IMG/VR virus record: IMGVR_UViG_2547132415_000019
Coordinates: 1-18,947 of that record
DNA: 18,947 nucleotides
Reading direction: 5' to 3' (one strand)
From: a virus
Lineage: Duplodnaviria; Heunggongvirae; Uroviricota; Caudoviricetes
The position numbers were made by a program, and so were the translations under genes. Below, piece by piece: positions 1-9,048 of this stretch (the first letter of the stretch is position 1; the number at the start of each line of letters is the position of its first letter). Below the pieces are notes generated by a model. The model was not told where the DNA came from. It worked only from the letters and a program-made list of their open reading frames with translations, and made no database searches.

Positions 1-1053
1 TTACGGGGTAATGCCAACCGCTGCCGCCACTTTGTCGCCACTTGGCAGCGTTGCCAGAGGGTTGAAACGGAGCGCCGTTTCCAGATGATCCGGTGCCAGA
101 TGTGCGTAACGCATCGTCATTTTTATATCGTGATGCCCGAGAATTTTTTGTAAGGCCAGGATGTTTCCACCCGACATCATAAAATGCGCCGCAAACGTAT
201 GACGCAGAACGTGTGTCAGTTGACCGCGAGGGAGCACGATAGACGTTTTTTCCATCACGGATAAAAATTGAAAATAGCAGTCTGTAAAGAAATTGAACCC
301 ATCAAGTGCCATAATCTCTTCGTAAAGCTCTTTACTGATGGGAATGCTTCTGTTTTTCTTCCCCTTCGTTCTGACAAAGGTAATTCGGTATTTAGTCACC
401 TGTGAACGGGTAAGATTTATTGCTTCTCGCCAGCGTGCGCCTGTGCTTAAGCATATCTTGACTACCAGTGCCAGAATTGGGTCCTGACGTTTGCAATCAG
501 CCAGCAATTCAACAATCTGTTCATGGGTAAGCCATGCCATCTCTTTTTCTGCGATGGTGAATTTTCGCATGTTCTCCAGTGGGTTCGGATACGACCATTC
601 GCCCAGGCGGGATAGTTCGCTAAAAACACTACTTAGATAGCTTTGCTCCAGGTTAACGGTGACCGGGCTTGCTCCTTTCTTCCATTTTTCGCTGAAGTAG
701 ATCTCTCCTGTCAGGCGTTTATCTCGATAGTGGGCAAACATTTTAGAGGTGAGATCGGTTGCAATGGGATTTCCCAGAGCGTCAACCATCAACAGCAATT
801 TGTCATAGACATGCTGCCCAGCCGTCAGAGATTTACCATGTAGTTTGAACCATAGCTCAACCACGTCTTTCAGTGTTCGACGATCCACTGATTCACCCAG
901 CCAGGGTTTTGCTTCGGTTTCTTCCATCGTGTGACGCTCAAAAGCCAATGCTTCACCCTTAGTTGCAAACTGCTTACGCACACGCCGCCCATTGCGCCCG
1001 GCGGGGTAGCATTCACAAATCCATTTACCTGTGTTGAGTTTTCGTACTGCCAT
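1..1053 (-). CDS. int: Tyrosine recombinase / phage integrase
   Basis: 350 aa ORF. C-terminal catalytic region has LTHVLRHTFA (His-x-x-Arg) and MRYAHL (catalytic Tyr). Sits at the prophage end next to the repressor. Confidence 0.9.
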   Translation of the reverse strand: MAVRKLNTGKWICECYPAGRNGRRVRKQFATKGEALAFERHTMEETEAKPWLGESVDRRTLKDVVELWFKLHGKSLTAGQHVYDKLLLMVDALGNPIATDLTSKMFAHYRDKRLTGEIYFSEKWKKGASPVTVNLEQSYLSSVFSELSRLGEWSYPNPLENMRKFTIAEKEMAWLTHEQIVELLADCKRQDPILALVVKICLSTGARWREAINLTRSQVTKYRITFVRTKGKKNRSIPISKELYEEIMALDGFNFFTDCYFQFLSVMEKTSIVLPRGQLTHVLRHTFAAHFMMSGGNILALQKILGHHDIKMTMRYAHLAPDHLETALRFNPLATLPSGDKVAAAVGITP

Positions 1054-1078
1054 AAAAAAGTCCTCATGTCTGAGGACT
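1054..1078 (-). terminator. Candidate intrinsic terminator/attenuator hairpin directly upstream of the int start codon
   Basis: Perfect 8-bp inverted repeat AGTCCTCA (1059-1066) / TGAGGACT (1071-1078) with loop TGTC. On the minus strand the stem is followed by T6 (plus-strand A6 at 1054-1059) and then immediately the int ATG. Confidence 0.5.
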
Positions 1079-1135
1079 AAATTTAACTGTATGTTTGAAC
1101 AGTGGTCAATGTTTAAAGATCTTCAATTAAACATT

Positions 1136-2476
1136 TCATTGGAGCAAGAAAACTTTTAAGGTGTTTTTGAATATTCTAACAGGGTCTTCTACACCTGCAT
1201 TTCCTTTTAAAATATGATAATCACTTATTTCAGCCCATCTGTTTTTTTCATCGTTTTCAGAAGGAAGTAAAGGAGAACCTTCTGGCATATATTTATAAGT
1301 TATACCAAATAATGCATAATAGTAGATGTTGATGTTATATTGATCTGTCTGATATGGGAGTCTATTAACACCGAAGAAATTGATTATTAATTGTGCATCT
1401 ATTTTATCTTCTACGTAGTTAAGGGCCAGTTCACGACCAAACGAATAAAGAATTACTGCAAGGGTTCGATAACAGCAATAGCCTGGTATAAATTTATTGC
1501 TGATTTCATTTTGAGATAAAATTTGATAAATTTCTAGATATCTTGATAAGGTTTCAACTTCCCGTAGCGACAAGCCTTTTAGTTCGATAAATTTTTGAAC
1601 TATATGAATACTACTTTCTCCAATTTCTTTTAGTCTTTCAGACTCGTTACATAGCATTCTAAAATGAGAGTTCGAAGCCAAAATTTTATCGTAATTGTTT
1701 TCAGTGAAAGTCACTGGCAGGCTGTAAGTGAATTTTATAAATTTATCAAGATATCTTTCTGAGTCAACACCTGCACCGTAAATATGATTTATTGATGCTT
1801 TCAATTGTGAGATGTTAGCAACTAACAAGAAGTTAAGATTTTCAGTGTCAAAAACATGTTTTATATTTTCGATGATAGAGATGGCAAAGCTTGGTTTACA
1901 ACGGTCAAGTTCGTCAATGATAATTGTTATTTTATTTTCGCTAGTTAGTTCAGCAAGTACTTCCTTGAGAGCAAGCAAATGTTTCTTTGCTTCAATATGA
2001 TCATCAAGCAGTGCTTCTACAGTACCATCTATAGCTGAGTTAGCCGCATCTTTAATAGCATCTTCGAATTCATCCGCAATATCATCTGCATTTTGTTTTA
2101 AAATCCACCCAGCGCCAGCTTTGAGTACAGTTTTAAGTCCAAATCTCAATGCTGGTAATGCCTTTGATATTAATTCCTTCTTTTCACTCTCTGGATATAA
2201 TGCAACTATTGCAGCCATTATAGTAAGTATGGGAGCATCATTATGATCTTCAGTAAATGCATCAATATATACTACTTTATGCCCAGATTCATTTTTTTCA
2301 ATCAATGCCGCTAATTTTTTTGAAAATTCGGTTTTACCGGTACCCCAGTCCCCATCGATAACAATAGGGGATATTTTTAAGGGGGACTCGAGTAAGCTTA
2401 TTATTTTTTCAGCAATGATTTTTCTATTATACTCATCTCTGTTTTCAAAAGTCATATCATTATTCATATGAAGCAA
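1136..2476 (-). CDS. KAP-family P-loop NTPase (cargo gene)
   Basis: 446 aa. Walker A GDWGTGKTEF; Walker B-like hydrophobic stretch ITIIIDELDRC; an Ala/Gly/Leu-rich segment between them (ALPALRFGLKTVLKAGAGWIL) as in KAP NTPases. Markedly AT-rich by eye compared with the phage core. Confidence 0.8.
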   Translation of the reverse strand: MLHMNNDMTFENRDEYNRKIIAEKIISLLESPLKISPIVIDGDWGTGKTEFSKKLAALIEKNESGHKVVYIDAFTEDHNDAPILTIMAAIVALYPESEKKELISKALPALRFGLKTVLKAGAGWILKQNADDIADEFEDAIKDAANSAIDGTVEALLDDHIEAKKHLLALKEVLAELTSENKITIIIDELDRCKPSFAISIIENIKHVFDTENLNFLLVANISQLKASINHIYGAGVDSERYLDKFIKFTYSLPVTFTENNYDKILASNSHFRMLCNESERLKEIGESSIHIVQKFIELKGLSLREVETLSRYLEIYQILSQNEISNKFIPGYCCYRTLAVILYSFGRELALNYVEDKIDAQLIINFFGVNRLPYQTDQYNINIYYYALFGITYKYMPEGSPLLPSENDEKNRWAEISDYHILKGNAGVEDPVRIFKNTLKVFLLQ

Positions 2477-2478
2477 CC

Positions 2479-2664
2479 TTAGTTTTTAGAACATATTTTC
2501 TTTGACTTGCTTGGCGTTCCATCATTGCAAACGAACTTCCCATCAGATGTACAATGTGAAACTCCCCCTTTCTTACCAGAACATGGATAATTTTTTGCAA
2601 AACTTGTAATAGGTAAAGTAATAAATAAACAAATAAGTAGGATATGTATAGATTTATAAAACAT
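2479..2664 (-). CDS. Small Cys-rich secreted peptide (signal peptide + ~38 aa Lys/Cys-rich mature part); alternative start at 2682
   Basis: Minus-strand AAGGAAA sits about 6 nt upstream of the second ATG (2664). Encodes [23 protein letters not shown] then [38 protein letters not shown] (4 Cys). Its stop lies 3 nt from the KAP NTPase start, so it is probably co-transcribed. Confidence 0.5.
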   Translation of the reverse strand: MFYKSIHILLICLFITLPITSFAKNYPCSGKKGGVSHCTSDGKFVCNDGTPSKSKKICSKN

Positions 2665-2687
2665 ATTTATTTCCTTATACATTAATT

Positions 2688-3257
2688 TTAATAATTGACG
2701 ATCGCGCTTCTAATTTTTCCTATGATATCAATTTCATCTATTTTGCATTCAAAGGAACTGCTGCCGCCATCGACATTTAGACGACGTCCCGGCAGTCTTG
2801 TCAGATTCCTGATAGCAACCTCGCCATCAATATCAACGATCCACTTACCATCACGTACATCCTCATAATCCGAATCACAGATAAACTCTGATGCGCCATC
2901 GATCACAACAAAAGGTTTTTTTAGTTTTTCAGGCAAAAAGTTGTTGTCGAAAATGTAGTAACCATCAGGAAGTAGTTTTCCGCTTGATAAAATCTTCCTT
3001 TCGATCTCTTTTGTGTTTTCTTTTTGTGAACTTTCTTTTGAACCTTGCCCAGTAGTTAGCCACTCTAGCGACGTGCCGGTTTCAAGTGCACATTGGATTA
3101 CCCATTCTGCCGGGAATGAATCACGCATATAGCGCGTGGCTAAGGTGCTTTTAGAAATGCCCAAATGATCACACAAAGCTTGTCTTGTCTTGAAACCATA
3201 GGCTTCAACCATGCGCTCTATGGCCCCACGACCGCCTTTTTCCAAATTCATGGTCAC
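2688..3257 (-). CDS. cI: CI-type immunity repressor (phage 186 CI-like)
   Basis: 189 aa, transcribed divergently from the lytic operon. N-terminal region ([28 protein letters not shown]...[16 protein letters not shown]) resembles the 186 CI N-terminal domain as I recall it. GGAG about 6 nt upstream of the ATG on the minus strand. Confidence 0.8.
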   Translation of the reverse strand: MTMNLEKGGRGAIERMVEAYGFKTRQALCDHLGISKSTLATRYMRDSFPAEWVIQCALETGTSLEWLTTGQGSKESSQKENTKEIERKILSSGKLLPDGYYIFDNNFLPEKLKKPFVVIDGASEFICDSDYEDVRDGKWIVDIDGEVAIRNLTRLPGRRLNVDGGSSSFECKIDEIDIIGKIRSAIVNY

Positions 3258-3275
3258 TCCAAGTGAACTTTTACC

Positions 3276-3304
3276 TTGACGATTTCATGATGTGATCGTA
3301 TGTT
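3276..3304 (+). promoter_or_regulatory. Candidate early lytic promoter (pR-like): -35 TTGACG, 17-nt spacer, -10 TATGTT
   Basis: TTGACG at 3276-3281 and TATGTT at 3299-3304, in the cI/apl divergent intergenic region and oriented towards the apl-cII operon. Confidence 0.4.
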
Positions 3305-3332
3305 TGCAGTGTTCACATAATACAAACGATCA
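3293..3332. promoter_or_regulatory. Candidate repressor operator dyad overlapping the putative -10
   Basis: TGATCG-TAT-GTTTG (3293-3306) ... CAAAC-GATCA (3323-3332), an extended imperfect inverted repeat centred near 3312. Confidence 0.35.
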
Positions 3333-3376
3333 GTATTCATCCTGATTAATCATTGCTAAAAGAGGAATGTTGCATC

Positions 3377-3598
3377 ATGAGACCTAACATTTCAATCACT
3401 CTCATCACCCCCCACGTTACTATAGAAAGATATAGTGAACTCACTGGCTTATCTATCGACACAATTAACGACATGCTTGCAGATGGGCGTTTGCCTCGTC
3501 ATCGCCTACGTAAGGATAAAAAGCGTGAAAAAGTGATGATTAACATTGCTGCGATGACGATCGATGCCCTCTCTGATTGCAACGTGACTATCAACTAG
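3377..3598 (+). CDS. Apl/Cox-like small DNA-binding regulator/excisionase (alternative TTG start at 3353)
   Basis: First gene of the rightward early operon, about 73 aa, basic. AGAGGA lies about 10 nt upstream of the ATG at 3377. Assignment is mainly positional. Confidence 0.55.
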   Translation: MRPNISITLITPHVTIERYSELTGLSIDTINDMLADGRLPRHRLRKDKKREKVMINIAAMTIDALSDCNVTIN

Positions 3599-3630
3599 TT
3601 CCATTTTGAGACTTCACGGAGCAACTGACT

Positions 3631-4140
3631 ATGTTTGACTATCGCATTTCAAAACATCCCCATTTCAATGAAGCCTGCCGGGCCTTCGCCCTACGACACA
3701 ACATGGCGAAGCTGGCAGAGCGCGCAGGTATGAACGTTCAAACCTTGCGTAACAAGCTCAACCCGGAACAACCACACCAACTTACTGCGTCAGATATCTG
3801 GCAGTTAACCGATCTCACTGAAGACCCAACACTGGTTGATGGATTTCTGGCTCAGATTCACTGCCTGCCATGTATACCGGTAAATGAGGTGGCAAAAGAG
3901 AGACTGCCACATTACGTCATGAGTGCAACCGCAGAGATCGGGCGTGTTGCTGCAGGTGCGGTTTCTGGCGATGTAAAAACCAGTGCAGGCCGTCGCGATG
4001 CGATCAGCAGCATTAATTCTGTAACACGACTGATGGCGCTGGCGGCTGTTTCATTGCAGGCCCGTTTACAGGCTAATCCTGCGATGGCGAGTGCAGTTGA
4101 TACCGTGACTGGCCTCGGTGCTTCATTCGGTTTGCTGTGA
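3631..4140 (+). CDS. cII: CII-like transcriptional activator (phage 186 CII family)
   Basis: 169 aa. Strongly resembles 186 CII as recalled (MFD..SKHPH..EACRAFA.RHNMAKLAERAGMNVQTLRNKLNPEQPHQ...LTDLTED.TLVDGFLAQIHCLPC...NPAM.S.VDT..G.GASFGL). Same length and position as in 186. Confidence 0.8.
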   Translation: MFDYRISKHPHFNEACRAFALRHNMAKLAERAGMNVQTLRNKLNPEQPHQLTASDIWQLTDLTEDPTLVDGFLAQIHCLPCIPVNEVAKERLPHYVMSATAEIGRVAAGAVSGDVKTSAGRRDAISSINSVTRLMALAAVSLQARLQANPAMASAVDTVTGLGASFGLL

Positions 4141-4147
4141 GGTGCTT

Positions 4148-4444
4148 ATGCTGACGAAAGAACCATCATTTGCATCGCTGCTGGTAAAACAAAGCCCGGC
4201 AATGCACTACGGTCACGGCTGGATCATGGGTGAGGATGGTAAACGCTGGCATCCATGTCATTCACAAGATGAATTGCTGTCTGAATTGACCACGAGGAAA
4301 CGGAGAAAGTCAAAATGTATGCAGCGGAAAGTGAAATGGTTTATCAGTTTCGTTACAGAGGGGAGAGTTATTCAGTACCTGAAGATGATTTGCTCTGTTG
4401 CTATCCGTCATTGTCGGGCGATGGCAGTTACTTTTTCGCGTTAA
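4148..4444 (+). CDS. Hypothetical early protein; 3' portion overlaps the next ORF and may be non-coding or frameshifted
   Basis: GAGGTG 5 nt upstream of the ATG at 4148. The 5' half reads like protein (MLTKEPSFASLLVKQSPAMHYGHGWIMGEDGKRWHPCHSQDELLSELTT); the 3' half is Cys/Arg-rich and overlaps 4315-4539 in another frame. Confidence 0.35.
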   Translation: MLTKEPSFASLLVKQSPAMHYGHGWIMGEDGKRWHPCHSQDELLSELTTRKRRKSKCMQRKVKWFISFVTEGRVIQYLKMICSVAIRHCRAMAVTFSR

Positions 4445-4539
4445 AGGATGGGACGTTTTTACGGGGAGAGCAGGTTAAAGAGACGATACGAAAAAATGTA
4501 TCTCCTCTTGAGCGTTACCGTAAGAACAAAGAACGATAG
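4315..4539 (+). CDS. Hypothetical early protein (74 aa)
   Basis: GGAGAAAG about 7 nt upstream of the ATG; sequence composition looks protein-like. Confidence 0.5.
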   Translation: MYAAESEMVYQFRYRGESYSVPEDDLLCCYPSLSGDGSYFFALKDGTFLRGEQVKETIRKNVSPLERYRKNKER

Positions 4540-4561
4540 CTGCGTTTGGGGGATATGAAGT

Positions 4562-4903
4562 ATGGCAATTAATGGCGCTGCAGCAACTGTTCCATTAAGC
4601 CCCGGTGAACGCCTGAATGGACTTAATCACATTGCGGAGTTAAGGGCGAAAGTTTTTGGCCTGAATATTGAGTCAGAGCTTGAGCGGTTTATTAAAGATA
4701 TGCGTGATCCACGGGATATCAATAATGAACAAAATAAACGGGCACTGGCTGCCATATTCTTTATGGCAAAAATTCCAGCTGAACGTCATAGCATCAGCAT
4801 TAATGAGCTGACCACTGACGAAAAGCGGGAGCTGATTAAAGCAATGAATCATTTTCGTGCAGTGGTGAGCTTATTTCCCAGACGGCTAACCATGCCGAAT
4901 TAA
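4562..4903 (+). CDS. Hypothetical early protein (113 aa)
   Basis: Intact ORF in the early operon; G-rich stretch upstream of the ATG. Confidence 0.55.
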   Translation: MAINGAAATVPLSPGERLNGLNHIAELRAKVFGLNIESELERFIKDMRDPRDINNEQNKRALAAIFFMAKIPAERHSISINELTTDEKRELIKAMNHFRAVVSLFPRRLTMPN

Positions 4904-4970
4904 CCAACTAATGAAATTAATGGCGTAAACCCGCCGGGCATCCCTTTATCTAAATTCAGGAGAATTGATT

Positions 4971-5204
4971 ATGCGTAATATTGAAACCCTCACGACTAAA
5001 ACCGGACCGGATGACGCAGGGCTTAATATTTTACTGACAGAGGCTCGTCTGGAAGAACGCCGGGCAAGGGCTGAAGCAATGGCAGCTCGCCTTGATAGCC
5101 TGGCGTGTCATATCTCATCCCGTCAGCTAAACCACGTGGAAGCGGCAGAACTGCTGCGTGTGACTGCTGAAGCAATCCAGAACGAAGCGCAGGAGATCCA
5201 CTAA
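4971..5204 (+). CDS. Hypothetical early protein (about 77 aa, predicted helical/coiled)
   Basis: CAGGAGAA about 7 nt upstream of the ATG at 4971. Its stop overlaps the next start (TAATG). Confidence 0.55.
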   Translation: MRNIETLTTKTGPDDAGLNILLTEARLEERRARAEAMAARLDSLACHISSRQLNHVEAAELLRVTAEAIQNEAQEIH

Positions 5205-5431
5205 TGGCTGATGCAATGGATCTCGTACAGCAGCGCGTTGAAGAAGAACGCCAGCGCCATATCCGTGCTGCCCGTGCCAAAACGCCGGGCGTGTCCCGCG
5301 TGCTTTGCGTTGAGTGTGAAGCGCCAATTCCGCCAGCACGCCGCCGTGCCATTCCGGGTGTGCAGCTTTGCATTACCTGTCAGGAAATCGCAGAGCTGAA
5401 AGGCAAACATTACAACGGGGGTGCTGTATGA
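5204..5431 (+). CDS. TraR/DksA-type C4 zinc-finger protein (P2 orf82-like)
   Basis: 75 aa with C-x2-C ... C-x2-C (CVECEAPIPPARRRAIPGVQLCITCQ), typical of phage TraR-like proteins at this position. Confidence 0.8.
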   Translation: MADAMDLVQQRVEEERQRHIRAARAKTPGVSRVLCVECEAPIPPARRRAIPGVQLCITCQEIAELKGKHYNGGAV

Positions 5432-6285
5432 GCACCATCCTGAAATGGGCGGGAAATAAAACCGCCGTAATGTCCGAACTGAAAAAACATCTTCCTGCTG
5501 GTCCGCGACTAGTTGAACCTTTCGCGGGTTCCTGTGCTGTGATGATGGAGACGGATTATCCCTGCTATCTGGTTGCGGATATTAATCCTGATTTAATCAA
5601 CCTCTATAAAAAGGTTGCCGCTGATTGTGAATCGTTTATATCTCGCGCCAAAGTTTTATTTGAGATCGCAAACAGGGAGGTGGCTTATTACAACATAAGG
5701 CAGGAGTTTAATTACTCAACTGAAATTACTGATTTCATGAAAGCGGTATATTTCCTGTATCTCAATCGTCACGGTTACCGTGGGTTATGTCGCTATAACA
5801 AGAGCGGGCATTTCAACATTCCCTACGGTAATTATAAAAATCCGTATTTCCCTGAAAAAGAAATTCGCGCTTTTGCAGAAAAAGCCCAGCGAGCAACGTT
5901 TATCTGCGCCAGCTTTGATGAAACGCTGGCGATGTTGAAGGCGGGGGATGTGGTGTATTGCGATCCGCCTTATGACGGTACGTTTTCCGGCTATCACGCT
6001 GACGGCTTTACTGAAGATGACCAGTATCACCTGGCATCCGTTCTTGAACATCGGTCATCAGAAGGACATCCGGCCATTGTTTCTAACAGTGACACATCCC
6101 TGATCCGTTCGCTGTATCGCAATTTTACTCACCACTATATCAAGGTAAAACGCAGCATCGGCGCAGCAGCTGGTGAGAGTAAATCAGCAACAGAAATCAT
6201 TGCTGTTTCCGGACCGCGCTGCTGGGTGGGATTTGATTATTCGCGTGGCGTGGATAGTTCTGCCGTGTACGGAGTACGTGCATGA
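5428..6285 (+). CDS. dam: DNA adenine (N6) methyltransferase, Dam-like
   Basis: N-terminal SAM-binding region (LKWAGNK ... [10 protein letters not shown]) and catalytic DPPY motif (VYCDPPYDG). ATG at 5428 overlaps the upstream stop (ATGA) and its own stop overlaps the A start. Confidence 0.85.
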   Translation: MSTILKWAGNKTAVMSELKKHLPAGPRLVEPFAGSCAVMMETDYPCYLVADINPDLINLYKKVAADCESFISRAKVLFEIANREVAYYNIRQEFNYSTEITDFMKAVYFLYLNRHGYRGLCRYNKSGHFNIPYGNYKNPYFPEKEIRAFAEKAQRATFICASFDETLAMLKAGDVVYCDPPYDGTFSGYHADGFTEDDQYHLASVLEHRSSEGHPAIVSNSDTSLIRSLYRNFTHHYIKVKRSIGAAAGESKSATEIIAVSGPRCWVGFDYSRGVDSSAVYGVRA

Positions 6286-8696
6286 GCCATGCCGATATGA
6301 GCAACTGCTGCGGCTTTAACGAGGCTGCCGCATCGTTCTCATGGAACAGCCCGAAAAAGGCCATTAACCCTTATCTGGACCCGGCGGAAGTTGCGCCGGT
6401 TTCTGCGCTTTCAAACCTGATCACTCTGTACGCTGCCGATAACGAGCAGGAACAACTGCGCCGCGAGGCACTGAGTGATCAGGTCTGGGAGCGTTATTTC
6501 TTTAATGAATCCCGTGATCCTGTCCAACGCGAAATAGAGCAGGATAAGCTCATTAGCCGGGCAAAGTTGGCGCATGAGCAGCAGCGTTTTAACCCGGACA
6601 TGGTCATTCTGGCAGACGTCAGCGCCCAGCCCTCCCATATCAGCAAGCCGCTGATGCAACGTATTGAATACTTCAGCAGCCTGGGCAGGCCAAAGGCTTA
6701 TTCCCGCTATTTACGTGAGACGATTAAGCCATGTCTGGAACGACTGGAGCATGTACGCGACAGCCAGCTATCTGCATCTTTTCGTTTTATGGCAAGCCAT
6801 GTAGGGCTGGACGGCCTGCTGATTCTGCCTGAAATGAGTCAGGATCAGGTGAAACGCCTGTCTACCCTTGTCGCTGCGCATATGAGCATGTGCCTTGATG
6901 CAGCTTGTGGTGATTTGTATGCCACCGATGACGTTAAGCCAGAAGAAATCCGCAAGACATGGGAAAAGGTGGCAGCGGAAACCCTGCGTCTGGATGTCAT
7001 CCCGCCTGCGTTTGAGCAACTCCGCCGGAAAAGAAACCGCCGTAAACCCGTGCCCTATGAACTCATTCCGGGTTCGCTGGCGCGTATGTTGTGCGCCGAC
7101 TGGTGGTACCGGAAATTATGGAAAATGCGTTGCGAATGGCGGGAAGAGCAGTTGCGTGCTATCTGCCTGGTCAGCAAAAAAGCATCTCCCTATGTCAGCT
7201 ATGAAGCCGTGATGCATAAACGTGAGCAGCGCCGCAAGTCACTGGAGTTTTTCCGTTCTCATGAACTGGTGAACGAAGAGGGCGACACGCTGGATATGGA
7301 AGACGTGGTAAACGCCAGCAGCAGCAACCCGGCGCACCGCCGCAATGAGATGATGGCCTGTGTTAAAGGTCTGGAGCTTATCGCGGAAATGCGCGGTGAC
7401 TGCGCCGTTTTCTACACCATTACCTGTCCGTCACGTTTCCATTCCACGCTCAATAACGGCAGACCAAACCCAACTTGGACAAATGCGACGGTAAGACAAA
7501 GCAGCGATTATCTGGTCGGCATGTTTGCTGCATTTCGTAAGGCGATGCACAAAGCCGGGTTGCGCTGGTATGGCGTGCGGGTGGCTGAGCCGCATCATGA
7601 CGGTACAGTTCACTGGCACCTGTTGTGTTTCATGCGCAAAAAAGACCGCCGCGCCATTACTGCATTGTTGCGTAAGTTTGCCATCCGTGAAGACCGCGAG
7701 GAACTGGGTAATAACACTGGTCCACGCTTTAAATCTGAGCTGATAAACCCGCGCAAAGGAACGCCGACAAGCTACATCGCGAAATACATCAGTAAGAACA
7801 TTGACGGGCGTGGTCTGGCTGGCGAGATCAGCAAGGAAACGGGTAAATCCCTGCGTGATAACGCTGAATACGTTAATGCCTGGGCGTCTCTGCATCGTGT
7901 TCAGCAATTCCGCTTCTTTGGTATTCCGGGACGTCAGGCTTACCGTGAACTTCGCTTGCTGGCTGGTCAGGCGGCAAGGCAACAGGGTGACAAAAAAGCA
8001 GGTGCGCCGGTACTGGATAACCCGCGCCTTGATGCCATTCTGGCTGCTGCTGATGCTGGTTGTTTTGCCACCTACATCATGAAGCAGGGCGGCGTACTGG
8101 TTCCCCGCAAATATCACCTCATCAGAACCGCTTATGAAATCAACGAAGAGCCAACCGCCTATGGCGATCACGGTATTCGTATTTATGGCATCTGGTCACC
8201 CATTGCAGAGGGCAAGATCTGCACTCATGCAGTGAAGTGGAAAATGGTTCGTAAGGCCGTTGACGTTCAGGAGGCGGCAGCCGACCAGGGCGCTTGCGCC
8301 CCTTGGACTCGTGGCAATAACTGTCCCCTTGCTGAAAATTTGAACCAACAAGGGAAAGACAAATCAGCTGATGGGGATACCAGAACGGACATTACCCACA
8401 TGGATGACAAGGAGTTGCACGATTACCTGCACAGTATGAACAAAAAAGAGCGCCGGGAACTGGCTGCAAGGTTACGCCTGGTGAAACCGAAACGGCGTAG
8501 AGACTACAAACAGCGAATTACAGACCATCAACGACAGCAGCTCGTCTATGAACTGAAGTCCAGAGGATTTGATGGCAGCGAGAAAGAGGTCGATTTACTC
8601 CTTCGCGGCGGCAGTATTCCGTCAGGAGCAGGCCTGCGTGTCTTCTATCGGAACCAGCGTTTGCAGGAAGATGATAAGTGGCGGAACCTGTATTAA
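6282..8696 (+). CDS. A: Replication initiation endonuclease (P2 gpA-like rolling-circle protein)
   Basis: 804 aa. [12 protein letters not shown]-type tyrosine motif and HWHLL His motif as in P2 A-family proteins; position after the early operon. Confidence 0.85.
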   Translation: MSHADMSNCCGFNEAAASFSWNSPKKAINPYLDPAEVAPVSALSNLITLYAADNEQEQLRREALSDQVWERYFFNESRDPVQREIEQDKLISRAKLAHEQQRFNPDMVILADVSAQPSHISKPLMQRIEYFSSLGRPKAYSRYLRETIKPCLERLEHVRDSQLSASFRFMASHVGLDGLLILPEMSQDQVKRLSTLVAAHMSMCLDAACGDLYATDDVKPEEIRKTWEKVAAETLRLDVIPPAFEQLRRKRNRRKPVPYELIPGSLARMLCADWWYRKLWKMRCEWREEQLRAICLVSKKASPYVSYEAVMHKREQRRKSLEFFRSHELVNEEGDTLDMEDVVNASSSNPAHRRNEMMACVKGLELIAEMRGDCAVFYTITCPSRFHSTLNNGRPNPTWTNATVRQSSDYLVGMFAAFRKAMHKAGLRWYGVRVAEPHHDGTVHWHLLCFMRKKDRRAITALLRKFAIREDREELGNNTGPRFKSELINPRKGTPTSYIAKYISKNIDGRGLAGEISKETGKSLRDNAEYVNAWASLHRVQQFRFFGIPGRQAYRELRLLAGQAARQQGDKKAGAPVLDNPRLDAILAAADAGCFATYIMKQGGVLVPRKYHLIRTAYEINEEPTAYGDHGIRIYGIWSPIAEGKICTHAVKWKMVRKAVDVQEAAADQGACAPWTRGNNCPLAENLNQQGKDKSADGDTRTDITHMDDKELHDYLHSMNKKERRELAARLRLVKPKRRRDYKQRITDHQRQQLVYELKSRGFDGSEKEVDLLLRGGSIPSGAGLRVFYRNQRLQEDDKWRNLY

Positions 8697-8790
8697 TTAC
8701 GCGGGTTAACAATTCGTGCTCTTAATAATACCAGGCATATCAGGCTGATGAACGTAAAAAAACGTTTTACATCAGTAAGATTATCATATA

Positions 8791-8806
8791 CTGTAAATAT
8801 AAACAG
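8791..8806. promoter_or_regulatory. LexA (SOS) box CTGTAAATATAAACAG overlapping a sigma70-like promoter
   Basis: Exact CTGT-N8-ACAG with an AT-rich core. Upstream TTTACA (8766-8771) and TATACT (8787-8792) could be -35/-10. A second degenerate half-site (ACAG at 8818-8821) follows. Confidence 0.7.
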
Positions 8807-8849
8807 TGGTTATCTATACAGTATTGTTTGCGGTGTCATAGGAGGAAAG

Positions 8850-9038
8850 ATGCAGGACTATTTTTTGGAGTCTTTGAAGCTCCAGCGCATTGATTTTTTT
8901 CTTAAGCTTGTAGCGGCTAGTGAGTGTAGTGATGAAGAGAAGGGGCTGGCCCTGCAGTGGGTTTCTGAATTGACTGATGAACTCATGGCAAAAATCAGAA
9001 GCCACGAATACAACCGCTCAATGGATGTCATCAGCTGA
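8850..9038 (+). CDS. Small hypothetical protein, first gene of the SOS-controlled module (possible Tum-like N-terminal part)
   Basis: GGAGG 4-5 nt upstream of the ATG at 8850; 62 aa. The ORF-track start at 8748 would read through the promoter and LexA box, so it is unlikely. Confidence 0.5.
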   Translation: MQDYFLESLKLQRIDFFLKLVAASECSDEEKGLALQWVSELTDELMAKIRSHEYNRSMDVIS

Positions 9039-9048
9039 GGTGACTTTT

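Noticed and set aside
643-1067. ORFs 643-843 (+) and 870-1067 (-)
   Set aside because: Embedded in or overlapping the integrase gene in other frames; no support.
5023-5410. Minus-strand ORFs overlapping the small early gene and TraR-like gene, plus a plus-strand 62 aa ORF at 5211-5399
   Set aside because: Out-of-frame overlaps with better-supported genes that have RBSs and a conserved zinc-finger motif.
7431-8171. 246 aa ORF on the minus strand
   Set aside because: Lies entirely antisense within the replication gene A, has no RBS or recognisable motifs; typical shadow ORF of a GC-balanced coding region.
8748-8849. Upstream extension of the 62 aa ORF to an ATG at 8748
   Set aside because: Would read through the predicted promoter and LexA box and lacks an RBS; the ATG at 8850 has a GGAGG RBS.
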